Origin: Faecousia sp.
Lineage (GTDB): Bacteria > Bacillota > Clostridia > Oscillospirales > Oscillospiraceae
Direction of reading: 5' to 3'
NCBI GenBank assembly: GCA_045579965.1
Contig: JAZNMX010000036.1
Coordinates: 90,389-154,388, forward strand
Length of the DNA: 64,000 nt
The notes beneath the pieces were generated by a model. The model was not told where the DNA came from. It did no database searches and was given only the letters and a program-made list of their open reading frames with translations. Position 1 is the first letter of the stretch. The number at the start of each line of letters is the position of its first letter. The translations under genes and the position numbers were made by a program. Below are positions 1 through 8,895 of this stretch, piece after piece.

Positions 1-7
1 AAATGCT

Positions 8-988
8 TTGGATTTGACGGCTCCGCCGGCGTCCGGCGAGGCGGGGGAACTGATGCCAACAGAGGTTACCGGCTTTGGCTCTGACTTATGGACTTTGTTT
101 AAGCGAGCGGTCAAGGCAGCAGAACCGGAGATTGCCGGCGCAGCGGCGCTATGCCTTTCCATAACCGCTGTAGCGATGCTCACCGGGATTTTGCAAAATA
201 TGCCGGGAAAATCGGCATTTGCGGTGGAATTTGCCGGAGTGATTGCGGTAGCGCTGCTTTTGATGAATGAAACAAAATCCCTCATTCAGTGCGCTGCAGA
301 TACGGTTGAACAGCTGAGTCAATACGGAAAGCTTTTACTGCCGGTTATGACCGCCGGGCTGGCTGCCCAGGGAGGGATGACATCCTCTACAGCTCTCTAT
401 ACCGGAACGGCTCTGTTTGATGCGCTGCTCAGCGCTGCCGTTGCAAACCTTCTGATACCCCTTGTGTACATTTTCCTGGCGTTATGCATTGCTGCAACAG
501 CAACGGGGCAGGAGGCTGTGAAAAAGCTGACTGGGTTTATAAAATGGCTTACCTCCTGGGGGCTGAAAACGGTACTGTACATTTTCACCGGTTACATGAG
601 CATCACCCACGTGATCAGCGGAGCAGCCGACGAGGCTGCAGTGAAAGCAACCAAGCTGACCATGTCCGGAATGATTCCCATGGTGGGCGGAATTTTGTCA
701 GATGCCTCAGAAGCTGTGATTGTTGGCGCAGGACTGGTTAAGAATGGAGTGGGTGTTTATGGTATGCTGGCGATTCTGGCGATCTGGATTGCGCCTTTCC
801 TTCGCATCGGCATCTGTTATTTGATTCTGAAGCTGACAGCGACGCTGTGTGAGGCGTTCTCGGTGAAGGGGATATCTGCGCTCACTAAGCATTTTTCCGA
901 GGCTATGGGTATGCTGCTGGCGATGACGGCATCCCTTTGCATTATGCTGATGATCAGCGCGTTGTGTTTTATGAAAGGAATGGGATAA
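8..988 (+). CDS. spoIIIAE: Stage III sporulation protein AE (5' end probably upstream of window)
   Basis: Multi-TM protein with IPMVGGILSDASEAV motif; first of four consecutive spoIIIA genes. Confidence 0.9.
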   Translation: MDLTAPPASGEAGELMPTEVTGFGSDLWTLFKRAVKAAEPEIAGAAALCLSITAVAMLTGILQNMPGKSAFAVEFAGVIAVALLLMNETKSLIQCAADTVEQLSQYGKLLLPVMTAGLAAQGGMTSSTALYTGTALFDALLSAAVANLLIPLVYIFLALCIAATATGQEAVKKLTGFIKWLTSWGLKTVLYIFTGYMSITHVISGAADEAAVKATKLTMSGMIPMVGGILSDASEAVIVGAGLVKNGVGVYGMLAILAIWIAPFLRIGICYLILKLTATLCEAFSVKGISALTKHFSEAMGMLLAMTASLCIMLMISALCFMKGMG

Positions 989-1461
989 TTACCGCCTTGG
1001 GTGAATATGTATTGGGTGTGCTGTGCGCGGCGCTGATTTGCGGTGTGGTTACTCGCATCCTTGGCAAGAAAGGAGTACAAGGCAACCTGGTACAGATCCT
1101 TTGCAGCATTTTTCTCATGATCAGCATTGTATCGCCACTTGCCAAGCTTTCCTTTGATTCCTGGGAGAACCTCCATCTGGATATTGAGCGAGACGCTCTT
1201 GCGGCGGCAGATCAGGGTAAAAATGAGGTAAATAATCAGTATCGGCAGGTCATAACCCAGCGGACGACCACATATATTTTGGACAAAGCGGAAAGCATGG
1301 GACTTGCGCTGGAGGTATCGGTGACACTCCGTGAGGATGATCTTGCCGCACCAAAGGCTGTGACCCTACGGGGCAGAATCGCGCCCTACGCAAAGCAGGT
1401 GCTGTCTTCGTGGCTTGCAAATGAACTGGGAATTGAGGAGCAGGAATGGATATCAGGCTAG
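985..1461 (+). CDS. spoIIIAF: Stage III sporulation protein AF (start uncertain: ATA 985, ATT 988 or TTG 997)
   Basis: Two N-terminal TM helices then soluble domain; lies between spoIIIAE and spoIIIAG. Confidence 0.8.
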   Translation: MITALGEYVLGVLCAALICGVVTRILGKKGVQGNLVQILCSIFLMISIVSPLAKLSFDSWENLHLDIERDALAAADQGKNEVNNQYRQVITQRTTTYILDKAESMGLALEVSVTLREDDLAAPKAVTLRGRIAPYAKQVLSSWLANELGIEEQEWISG

Positions 1462-1928
1462 TCAAAGAAAAATGCGCAGAGCTTTGGCGCAGATACCGAT
1501 ACGCAATACTGGTGCTTGTATTGGGCGTTGTGCTGATGCTGATTCCCGGCAGAACAGAAAACCGGATTGAAGCACCCGTCGGTGCGCAGGCTGAAACCCA
1601 ACCCGATATGGAGCAGCGCCTTGCGTCGATTCTATCCCAGATTTCCGGCGCAGGAAAGGTTTCCGTCATGATTACGGTTGCCGAGGGAGAGCTGACCCTT
1701 TATCAGCAGGATTCGGATTCCGGGGGCCGTATGGATACCGTAATTATAACGGACGAAAAGCGGAATCAGCAGGGTTTGATTCAGCAAGTACTTCCGCAAA
1801 CCTATCAAGGGGTGATTGTGGTATGCCAGGGCGCAAGTCATGCGTCTGTTCGACTGAGTATTATTGAGGCTGTTTCCAAGGTTACTGGCCTTGGAACCGA
1901 TAAAATTGTGGTATTGAAAATGAAATGA
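1446..1928 (+). CDS. spoIIIAG: Stage III sporulation protein AG
   Basis: LxxILSQISGAGKVSVMIT and GVIVVCQGA motifs; GAGGAG RBS. Confidence 0.9.
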   Translation: MDIRLVKEKCAELWRRYRYAILVLVLGVVLMLIPGRTENRIEAPVGAQAETQPDMEQRLASILSQISGAGKVSVMITVAEGELTLYQQDSDSGGRMDTVIITDEKRNQQGLIQQVLPQTYQGVIVVCQGASHASVRLSIIEAVSKVTGLGTDKIVVLKMK

Positions 1929-1945
1929 ATGGGAGGAGCATTTCT

Positions 1946-2488
1946 ATGAATACATGGAAGAAGAATTTGATTGCCGCGGCGGTTCTGGTGGTGGTATGCG
2001 CCGGAATTTACATGAACTGGATGTACACCAACGATGAAACCGTTGACGATTTGACAGCGGTGCTGGACTCGGAAAAGGTCATGTCTGAAGACGGTCTGGT
2101 GATTGAGGTGGGCGGCGTCACAGACCCGGAGGATACCTATACCGATTACTTTGCCGCTGTCCGGCTTTCCAGACAGCAGGCCCGGGACAGCGCTGTTGAG
2201 CTTTTGCAGGAGGCAATGTCCTACGCAGATTCGGAGCAGGCAGAGCAATCCAATGAAAAGCTGGAGCAGATTATCCAGACCGCGCTGACAGAGGCGCAGA
2301 TTGAAAGTCTGGTGATCGCAAAGGGCTATGCCGACTGTGTAGCCTATATGACCGATCAGGGAATCAGCATTGCGGTGGCAGCGCCGGAGGGCGGAATGCA
2401 AAAGGAAGATGTTGCGGTTATTACCGACATCGTTCTGACCCAGTCGGACTATACCGTAGCCCAAATCCGGGTTGTGGAAGTGAAATAA
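1946..2488 (+). CDS. spoIIIAH: SpoIIIAH-like protein
   Basis: N-terminal TM; YFAAVRLSRQQARD and IESLVIAKGY motifs; GGAGGAG RBS. Confidence 0.9.
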   Translation: MNTWKKNLIAAAVLVVVCAGIYMNWMYTNDETVDDLTAVLDSEKVMSEDGLVIEVGGVTDPEDTYTDYFAAVRLSRQQARDSAVELLQEAMSYADSEQAEQSNEKLEQIIQTALTEAQIESLVIAKGYADCVAYMTDQGISIAVAAPEGGMQKEDVAVITDIVLTQSDYTVAQIRVVEVK

Positions 2489-2519
2489 AAAATTGGCTGT
2501 GCCCAGCACAGCCAATTTC
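2488..2519. terminator. Bidirectional intrinsic terminator (U-tract on minus strand)
   Basis: AAAAATTGGCTGTGC-CCA-GCACAGCCAATTT inverted repeat. Confidence 0.8.
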
Positions 2520-2522
2520 CGT

Positions 2523-2606
2523 TTATCGAACCAGCAGCATTGCCATTAGTACACAGAGAATGCAAAGTGTACATGACCACAGGGCGGATTCTAATTTGAG
2601 TTTCAT
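2523..2606 (-). CDS. Small 27-aa hydrophobic peptide MKLKLESALWSCTLCILCVLMAMLLVR (below ORF-track cutoff)
   Basis: AAGGAG RBS 9 nt before ATG, TTGACC-18-TATAAT upstream, terminator right after stop. Confidence 0.6.
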   Translation of the reverse strand: MKLKLESALWSCTLCILCVLMAMLLVR

Positions 2607-2671
2607 AAATCCATTCTCCTTTCCCTTTGTCAAGTTCTGCAGAAAACCGATGTTTTTCTGTTTGTACCCAT

Positions 2672-2701
2672 ATTATAATCTGCCCAATATATGGTGGTCA
2701 A
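2672..2701 (-). promoter_or_regulatory. SigA-type promoter for the small peptide gene
   Basis: Minus strand TTGACC-N18-TATAAT. Confidence 0.6.
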
Positions 2702-2760
2702 CAAAAATTCGATTACAATATGGCGACAATTTGGATACAAAAGTAACAAAATATTACAGA

Positions 2761-2789
2761 TTGACTTATCCCATGGGATTTGGTATACT
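2761..2789 (+). promoter_or_regulatory. SigA promoter of the asp23-nusB operon
   Basis: TTGACT-N17-TATACT with TG extension. Confidence 0.7.
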
Positions 2790-2843
2790 AATACAAAAGT
2801 ATCATGCCGAAATGCGCATGAAAAGAAACAGGAGGATTTTTCC

Positions 2844-3197
2844 ATGGCAGAATCCAAGCAGTATATTACACAGGTTCAGGATAATGGCACTGTCATGATT
2901 TCTGAGGAGACGGTTGCCGCCATCGTTACCCATGCAGCAAAGGAAGTAGAAGGCGTTGTCTGCATCGGAAATAAGCCCGGTATTGACCCTTCCAAGCTCT
3001 GGTCCAAGGACCTGAAGATTTCCATTTCCGAGACCAATGAGGTCAGTGTGGACTGCAACCTGGTGGTTGCCTATGGCTCCACGGTTGTGACCGTTGCCAA
3101 GGCAGTTCAGGACTGCGTGTTTGCTGCCATTGAGTCCATGACCGGCGTGAAGCCCGTCGCAGTGAATATCAATGTTTGCGGCATTGCCCGCCAGTAA
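2844..3197 (+). CDS. Asp23/Gls24 family protein (YqhY-like)
   Basis: GTVMISEETVAAIV...VEGV and IESMTG...VNINV motifs; directly upstream of nusB. Confidence 0.88.
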   Translation: MAESKQYITQVQDNGTVMISEETVAAIVTHAAKEVEGVVCIGNKPGIDPSKLWSKDLKISISETNEVSVDCNLVVAYGSTVVTVAKAVQDCVFAAIESMTGVKPVAVNINVCGIARQ

Positions 3198-3206
3198 GGG
3201 TTCCCT

Positions 3207-3665
3207 ATGACCAGAGGAGACGCCAGAGAACTGGCTGTGCATTTGATTTATTCCCAGGGCTTTACCGGGGATGAGCCGGATGCGGTGATTACCGCCCGAT
3301 TGGAAAAGGAATATTATCCGCTTCTGAAAGAAGAAAATGAAATCTACCGCGACCGCCCCAGTAAGGGTCAGGTTGCCTATGTAGACAGCGTTGTCACCGG
3401 GGTTGCCAACCGGCAGGAGCTGCTGAACGAGCACATCGGCAAGTATTCCATTGGCTGGGATGTTAGCCGGATTTCCCGTCTGGCAAGAGCGATTTTGCAG
3501 CTTGCCATCTATGAAATCTTGTATGTGGAAGATGTTCCCACCGGCGTTGCTGTGTCGGAGGCGGTTCGACTTGCCAAAAAGTACGACGGCGACGATACCG
3601 GTTCCTTTGTCAACGGTATTTTAGGTTCCTTTGCCCGGGGACTTTCTGCTGAGGAAACAAAATGA
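3207..3665 (+). CDS. nusB: Transcription antitermination factor NusB
   Basis: ARELA, ILQLAIYE, EAVRLAKKY, FVNGILG motifs. Confidence 0.95.
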   Translation: MTRGDARELAVHLIYSQGFTGDEPDAVITARLEKEYYPLLKEENEIYRDRPSKGQVAYVDSVVTGVANRQELLNEHIGKYSIGWDVSRISRLARAILQLAIYEILYVEDVPTGVAVSEAVRLAKKYDGDDTGSFVNGILGSFARGLSAEETK

Positions 3666-4585
3666 GCGTAATTGGTTTTGACACCAGCAATTACACCACT
3701 TCCATTGCCTATCTGGACGGACAGGTGGGGGAGAATTGCTCCCAACTGCTGCCGGTGAAGACTGGGGAGCTGGGTCTGCGTCAGTCCGATGCTGTTTTTC
3801 ACCATACCAAAAGCCTGCCGGAGCTTTCCGGCAGGCTGTTTTCCCATGTCTGCAGGGATAAGATCGCCGCAATCGCCGTTTCCACACGCCCCAGAGCGGT
3901 GGAGGGCAGTTACATGCCTTGCTTTTTGGTGGGCTATTCCCATGCCAAAATGCTTAGCGATGTATTGGGCGTGCCTTTGTATGAGGTTTCCCATCAGCAG
4001 GGTCATGTGGCAGCTGCGCTTTGGAGCGCAAACCGTCTTGATTTGATGGATAAGCCCCACCTTGCCTGGCATTTGTCCGGCGGTACTACAGAGCTTTTGC
4101 TTGTGGAGCCGGAGGGGAAGAATGTGAAGTGTACCAGAATCGGCGGCACAACGGATATTTCCGCCGGTCAGCTGATTGACCGCACGGGCATTCTTTTGGA
4201 TTTGCCCTTTCCTGCGGGCAAGCACCTTGACAAACTTGGTCAGGAGGCGACCAAGGCAGAGGGATACCCCGTAAAGTGTCCCGGTATGGAGTTTTCTCTG
4301 TCCGGAATGCAGAATAAGGTGGAGCAGTACTATGCGGCCGGCAACACACCGGCGGATACTGCGGCTTTTGCATTAAGCTGTGTGTGCCGCGCTGTTTTGA
4401 CCGCTACGGAGCATGCTCTCCAGGCGTATCCCGGATTGGAGATTGTCTTCTCCGGCGGTGTTGCCTCTAATTCCATGCTTCGGACGCTGGCTGCTCCTTA
4501 TCAGCCGATTTTTGCCGAGCCTGCTTTCTCAACAGACAATGCCATGGGCGTGGCAGTGCTGGCCCAGCGGCTTCAGGAGGGGTAA
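3662..4585 (+). CDS. TsaD/Kae1-family ASKHA-fold protein (Clostridial paralog)
   Basis: GFDTSNYTTS, SHQQGH, HLSGGTTE, SGGVASN, STDNAMG motifs. Confidence 0.8.
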   Translation: MSVIGFDTSNYTTSIAYLDGQVGENCSQLLPVKTGELGLRQSDAVFHHTKSLPELSGRLFSHVCRDKIAAIAVSTRPRAVEGSYMPCFLVGYSHAKMLSDVLGVPLYEVSHQQGHVAAALWSANRLDLMDKPHLAWHLSGGTTELLLVEPEGKNVKCTRIGGTTDISAGQLIDRTGILLDLPFPAGKHLDKLGQEATKAEGYPVKCPGMEFSLSGMQNKVEQYYAAGNTPADTAAFALSCVCRAVLTATEHALQAYPGLEIVFSGGVASNSMLRTLAAPYQPIFAEPAFSTDNAMGVAVLAQRLQEG

Positions 4586-4586
4586 T

Positions 4587-5795
4587 ATGGAGCAGATTTT
4601 ATCCGTTACCCAAATCAACGAATATATCCGCACAAAGATGGATGCTGACCCCATGCTGACCCAGATTGCGGTGCGGGGCGAAATCAGCAATTATAAACTC
4701 TATCCCTCAGGACACCACTATTTCACATTGAAAGATGAAGGTGGTGCGCTGAAGTGTGTGATGTTTAAAGGCAATGCCATGCGCCTTCGTTTTCGTCCGG
4801 AAAACGGCATGAAGGTGATTGCCATGGGCAATGTTACTGTCTTCCCCAGAGATGGCGCCTATCAGCTTTACTGCCGAGCTATGGCTATGGACGGCATCGG
4901 AGATTTACATGCTGCCTTTGAAGCGCTGAAGAAAAAGCTGGCGGCCCAGGGACTATTTGACCCTGCCCACAAAAAGCCCATTCCCAAGTATCCCAAAATC
5001 ATTGCCATCGTTACCAGCTCTGCCGGCGCGGCCATTCATGATATGCTGCGGATTTTGCGCAAGCGGTATCCACTGTGCAAGGTTCTGCTGATGCCGGTTC
5101 GGGTGCAGGGTGCGGAAGCGCCGCCGGAGATTGCCGGCGCAATTCGTTATGCCAATTATCACAATCTGGCAGACCTGCTGATTGTGGGCAGAGGCGGCGG
5201 CTCCATTGAGGATTTGTGGGCTTTTAATGACGAATTGGTAGCTCAGGCGGTATATGATTCCCGGATTCCCGTGATATCCGCTGTTGGTCACGAGCCGGAT
5301 GTGACGATTTGTGACTATGTTGCAGACCTGCGGGCGGCAACACCCTCCAACGGCGCGGAGCTTGCTGTTCCGGACCAAGAGGCGCTGCGGCAGGTTCTGG
5401 ACAGCCACCTAACAGCCATGACGGTATCCTTGAACCGGCAGGTTAAGGCTGCCCGGCAGCAATTAAATGCCTTGCGGGCAAGTCCTGCGCTTCAAAGCCC
5501 TATGGGCTATGTGAATCAGCGCAGGCAGAATCTGGATTTATTGAAAAACCGGCTGCTTTCTGTACAAAATCAGAATGTGGACCGGAAAAAACGGCAGTAT
5601 ATTGAATTAACCGCCAAGCTGGATGCCATGAGTCCGCTGAAGGTTCTGACCCGGGGCTACGCCATGGCGCGTACAGAGGACAAAACCGTTGTTCGTAGCG
5701 TCAGGCAGATAAAGCCGGGCGACCGGATTGAGCTTATTTTGCAGGACGGCAATCTGCGTGCGCAGGTGACCGATACGGAGGAAAATGTCAGATGA
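4587..5795 (+). CDS. xseA: Exodeoxyribonuclease VII large subunit
   Basis: GEISN, SGHHYFTLKD, RGGGSIEDLWAFN, GHEPD, TPS motifs. Confidence 0.96.
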   Translation: MEQILSVTQINEYIRTKMDADPMLTQIAVRGEISNYKLYPSGHHYFTLKDEGGALKCVMFKGNAMRLRFRPENGMKVIAMGNVTVFPRDGAYQLYCRAMAMDGIGDLHAAFEALKKKLAAQGLFDPAHKKPIPKYPKIIAIVTSSAGAAIHDMLRILRKRYPLCKVLLMPVRVQGAEAPPEIAGAIRYANYHNLADLLIVGRGGGSIEDLWAFNDELVAQAVYDSRIPVISAVGHEPDVTICDYVADLRAATPSNGAELAVPDQEALRQVLDSHLTAMTVSLNRQVKAARQQLNALRASPALQSPMGYVNQRRQNLDLLKNRLLSVQNQNVDRKKRQYIELTAKLDAMSPLKVLTRGYAMARTEDKTVVRSVRQIKPGDRIELILQDGNLRAQVTDTEENVR

Positions 5796-6028
5796 GTGAG
5801 AAAACTATGACCTTTGAAGCTGCCATGCAGCGACTGGAGCAGATTGTCCGTGCCATGGAGCGGGGCGATGTAGCGCTGGAAGAATCCTTAAAGCTGTTTC
5901 AGGAGGGAACGGAACTGGTCAAGTTCTGCAGCCGACAGTTGGATGATGCCCAGCTGCAGATTCAGAAAATTTCCGTTGCCCCGGACGGAAGCCCGGTGAT
6001 GGAGGATTTTGCGGATGACGAAGTATGA
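5792..6028 (+). CDS. xseB: Exodeoxyribonuclease VII small subunit
   Basis: FEAAMQRLEQIV...LEESLKLFQEG; overlaps xseA stop. Confidence 0.95.
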   Translation: MSEKTMTFEAAMQRLEQIVRAMERGDVALEESLKLFQEGTELVKFCSRQLDDAQLQIQKISVAPDGSPVMEDFADDEV

Positions 6029-6890
6029 CGAGCGGTTTTCTGAGTATCGGGAACATGTTGAAACCTTCTTTGCGGAGTGGTACGGCAGGTTTTCTGATGA
6101 GCCCCAGAATAAACTCTTTGACGCAATGCGCTACAGCCTGCTTGCCGGAGGCAAACGGCTGCGTCCGATTTTTGCCTATGAATTTTGCCGGATGTGCGGC
6201 GCGCCCTGGCAAAACGCAGCTCCCTTTGCAGCTGCCATTGAAATGATCCATACCTACAGCTTGATTCACGACGATTTGCCCTGCATGGATAATGACGATT
6301 TCCGTCGGGGAAAACCCACCAATCACAAGGTGTTCGGTGAGGCTATGGCGGTTCTTGCCGGCGATGCGCTGCTGACTGATGCCTTCTCGGTGGCAGCAAC
6401 GGCTCAGGTTTCCGGAAGCACTTTGGCGGATGCCATCGGTGTGCTTTCCGAATGTGCCGGCTCATTGGGCATGGTAGGCGGCCAGGTGCTGGATATTATG
6501 AGCGAGGAAAGAGTTCTTTCTGAGCAGGAGGTGCTGGATATCCAGAGCCGGAAAACAGGCGGCTTGATTCGGGCTGCCTGCGCCATGGGCGTACTTGCCG
6601 GCGGCGGTACAGAGGCTCAGTTTGATGCCGCCTGCCAATTTGCGGCTGGTCTGGGCCTTGCGTTTCAGATTCGGGATGATATGCTGGATGTCATCGGAAC
6701 CCAGGAAGAAATGGGAAAAGGGGTCGGCACGGACGAGAAAAAGAATACCTTTGTCCGGCTCTACGGCCTTGAAAAATGCGAGGAATTGGTACAAAAATAC
6801 ACCGACTATGCGCTGGAAGCGCTGTCTGCATTTGAAGATGCTGATGCAATGAAGGCCCTCGCAATCCAGCTGACCCAACGAAGAACATAA
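6015..6890 (+). CDS. ispA: Farnesyl/geranylgeranyl diphosphate synthase
   Basis: GGKRLRP, HDDLPCMDNDDFRRG, FQIRDD motifs. Confidence 0.95.
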   Translation: MTKYDERFSEYREHVETFFAEWYGRFSDEPQNKLFDAMRYSLLAGGKRLRPIFAYEFCRMCGAPWQNAAPFAAAIEMIHTYSLIHDDLPCMDNDDFRRGKPTNHKVFGEAMAVLAGDALLTDAFSVAATAQVSGSTLADAIGVLSECAGSLGMVGGQVLDIMSEERVLSEQEVLDIQSRKTGGLIRAACAMGVLAGGGTEAQFDAACQFAAGLGLAFQIRDDMLDVIGTQEEMGKGVGTDEKKNTFVRLYGLEKCEELVQKYTDYALEALSAFEDADAMKALAIQLTQRRT

Positions 6891-7032
6891 ACAAAACCCA
6901 GTCTTCGGGCAACACTCTGTAAGGAAGTAATGCCCTTAGGCTGGGTTTTCACAATATTTATCCCATAACGCATATTCATGGTATGACCGATTCTGAAGCG
7001 GGAATACTTTAACATCGAAAAGGGGTGTCGTT

Positions 7033-8010
7033 ATGGGAAAAACAGGGAAACGTATTGCGCTTGGCTCGTCCATCGCCGTTGCCGGGCTTGCGGCCGCAGG
7101 AATTGCCCATTACGCTGCAATGGGTCACTTAGGCAGGATTGCCTTTGACAGAGACTATCAAATAGCGGACACTCCAAAAAACAGGGAACGAATCAAAGGT
7201 TCTGCCGATAATGTGGAATTTATGCAATATCGGGATTTGTGCGCCGCCCGGTTTCGGAAAGTAGAAACCAAAGCGGTTACCGTTACATCCGCTGACGGCA
7301 CTCGCCTTCAGGGGCATTGGCTGCCGGCTCGTGATCCGAAACGGATTGTGATTGCGATGCACGGCTGGCGATCGGATTGGCTCCACGATTTCGGCATGGT
7401 GTGGAAGTTTTTCCTACGCCAAGGGTGCAGTGTCTTGTATGCCGAACAGCGGGGGCAAAACAACAGCGATGGAAAATACATCGGTTTCGGCGTATTGGAG
7501 CGCCACGACTGCCTTGCCTGGACAAAATGGGCGGTTACAGAATCTCAAGGGATACTTCCTGTTTATCTGGCCGGGGTCTCCATGGGCGCGACCACCGTAT
7601 TAATGGCATCTGACCTTGCTCTGCCGGAGCAGGTCAAGGGTGTGATTGCCGACTGCGGGTTTACATCCATTCAGGCAATCGGACAGCACGTGGTGAAAAA
7701 TAATTTGCACCTTCACATGCCTATGACCAACCGGATGATGGATTTTCTATGCAAAAAACGGCTGAAGGTTGGGGCAGGGGAGCACACGACCACTCAGGCT
7801 TTACGAAATACCCGTCTGCCGGTTCTGCTGGTTCACGGACAGGCGGACAGCTTTGTTCCGGTGTCCATGTCCTATGAGAATTACGGCTGCTGCCGCTCGC
7901 CCAAAGAGCTTCTGGTGGTACCGGGAGCAGACCATGGTATGAGTTATTATTTGGAGCCCAAGCGATATCAGAATGCTGTCCTGCGCTTTTGGGAAAAATA
8001 CGACAATTGA
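7033..8010 (+). CDS. Alpha/beta hydrolase with N-terminal anchor
   Basis: GVSMG nucleophile elbow, HGQADSFVP Asp, GADH His. Confidence 0.88.
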   Translation: MGKTGKRIALGSSIAVAGLAAAGIAHYAAMGHLGRIAFDRDYQIADTPKNRERIKGSADNVEFMQYRDLCAARFRKVETKAVTVTSADGTRLQGHWLPARDPKRIVIAMHGWRSDWLHDFGMVWKFFLRQGCSVLYAEQRGQNNSDGKYIGFGVLERHDCLAWTKWAVTESQGILPVYLAGVSMGATTVLMASDLALPEQVKGVIADCGFTSIQAIGQHVVKNNLHLHMPMTNRMMDFLCKKRLKVGAGEHTTTQALRNTRLPVLLVHGQADSFVPVSMSYENYGCCRSPKELLVVPGADHGMSYYLEPKRYQNAVLRFWEKYDN

Positions 8011-8061
8011 CAAGTTTTAACCAATCCGATAGAATAAAGAAAAAAGTCTTGGGAGATTGGT

Positions 8062-8862
8062 ATGGAAGTATCTTCGCTGCGTCAAAAAAAGTTGTTCTTG
8101 TTTGATATGGACGGGACCTTGTATCTGGGTGACCGATTGTTTCCCTTTACAAAGGAACTGCTCTGCACCATTCGCGCCATAGGCGGCCGGTATCTGTTCA
8201 TGACCAACAATTCTTCCAAGAGTGTTTCCGCTTATGTTTCCAAGCTGGAGAAGCTGGGAATTGCCGCTGCTGAGGAGGATTTTCTTACCTCATCTCAGGC
8301 AACGGCCCACTATCTTAAGCAGCACCATATGGGAAAAACCCTCTATGTCTGCGGTACGGATTCCCTTAAGGAAGAACTGGCAGGGTCCGGATTTTCCATC
8401 AGCGAGGACATCGACAAGACCCAGTGCATCGTTATGGGCTTTGACACAGAACTGACTTTTCAGAAGTTGGAGGCGGTATCCAAGCTACTTTGCACCAGGG
8501 AGCTTCCCTATATCGCCACCAATCCCGACTATGTCTGCCCTACGGAGTTTGGCAGTGTGCCGGACTGCGGCAGTGTGTGTGATATGCTTTATAATGTCAG
8601 CGGTAAACGCCCGCTGGTAATCGGCAAGCCCGAACCGCTGATGCCTTACCTTGCAATGGAGAAATGGGGTTGCACCAAGGAGGAAACCGTTGTGATTGGC
8701 GACCGGATTTATACGGATATCAAGTCCGGAATCAACGCCAGTGTTACCACGGTCCTGGTTCTCAGCGGGGAAACAACGCCGCAGATTCTGGCAAACTCCC
8801 AGGATAAACCGGATTTTGTTTTGGCGGACTGCGGAGAATTATTGGATTTACTGAAGAAATAA
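8062..8862 (+). CDS. HAD-IIA (NagD-like) hydrolase
   Basis: DMDGT, TNNS, GKP, GDRIYTDI motifs. Confidence 0.92.
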   Translation: MEVSSLRQKKLFLFDMDGTLYLGDRLFPFTKELLCTIRAIGGRYLFMTNNSSKSVSAYVSKLEKLGIAAAEEDFLTSSQATAHYLKQHHMGKTLYVCGTDSLKEELAGSGFSISEDIDKTQCIVMGFDTELTFQKLEAVSKLLCTRELPYIATNPDYVCPTEFGSVPDCGSVCDMLYNVSGKRPLVIGKPEPLMPYLAMEKWGCTKEETVVIGDRIYTDIKSGINASVTTVLVLSGETTPQILANSQDKPDFVLADCGELLDLLKK

Positions 8863-8866
8863 GAGA

Positions 8867-8892
8867 AACCCTCCGGACAAGCCGGAGGGTTT
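8867..8892. terminator. Bidirectional terminator between convergent genes
   Basis: AAACCCTCCGG-ACAAG-CCGGAGGGTTT. Confidence 0.75.
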
Positions 8893-8895
8893 GCG

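Noticed and set aside
2560-2898. 112-aa and 75-aa ORFs and the long N-terminal extension of the Asp23 ORF
   Set aside because: They span promoter DNA; the RBS-supported start is ATG 2844
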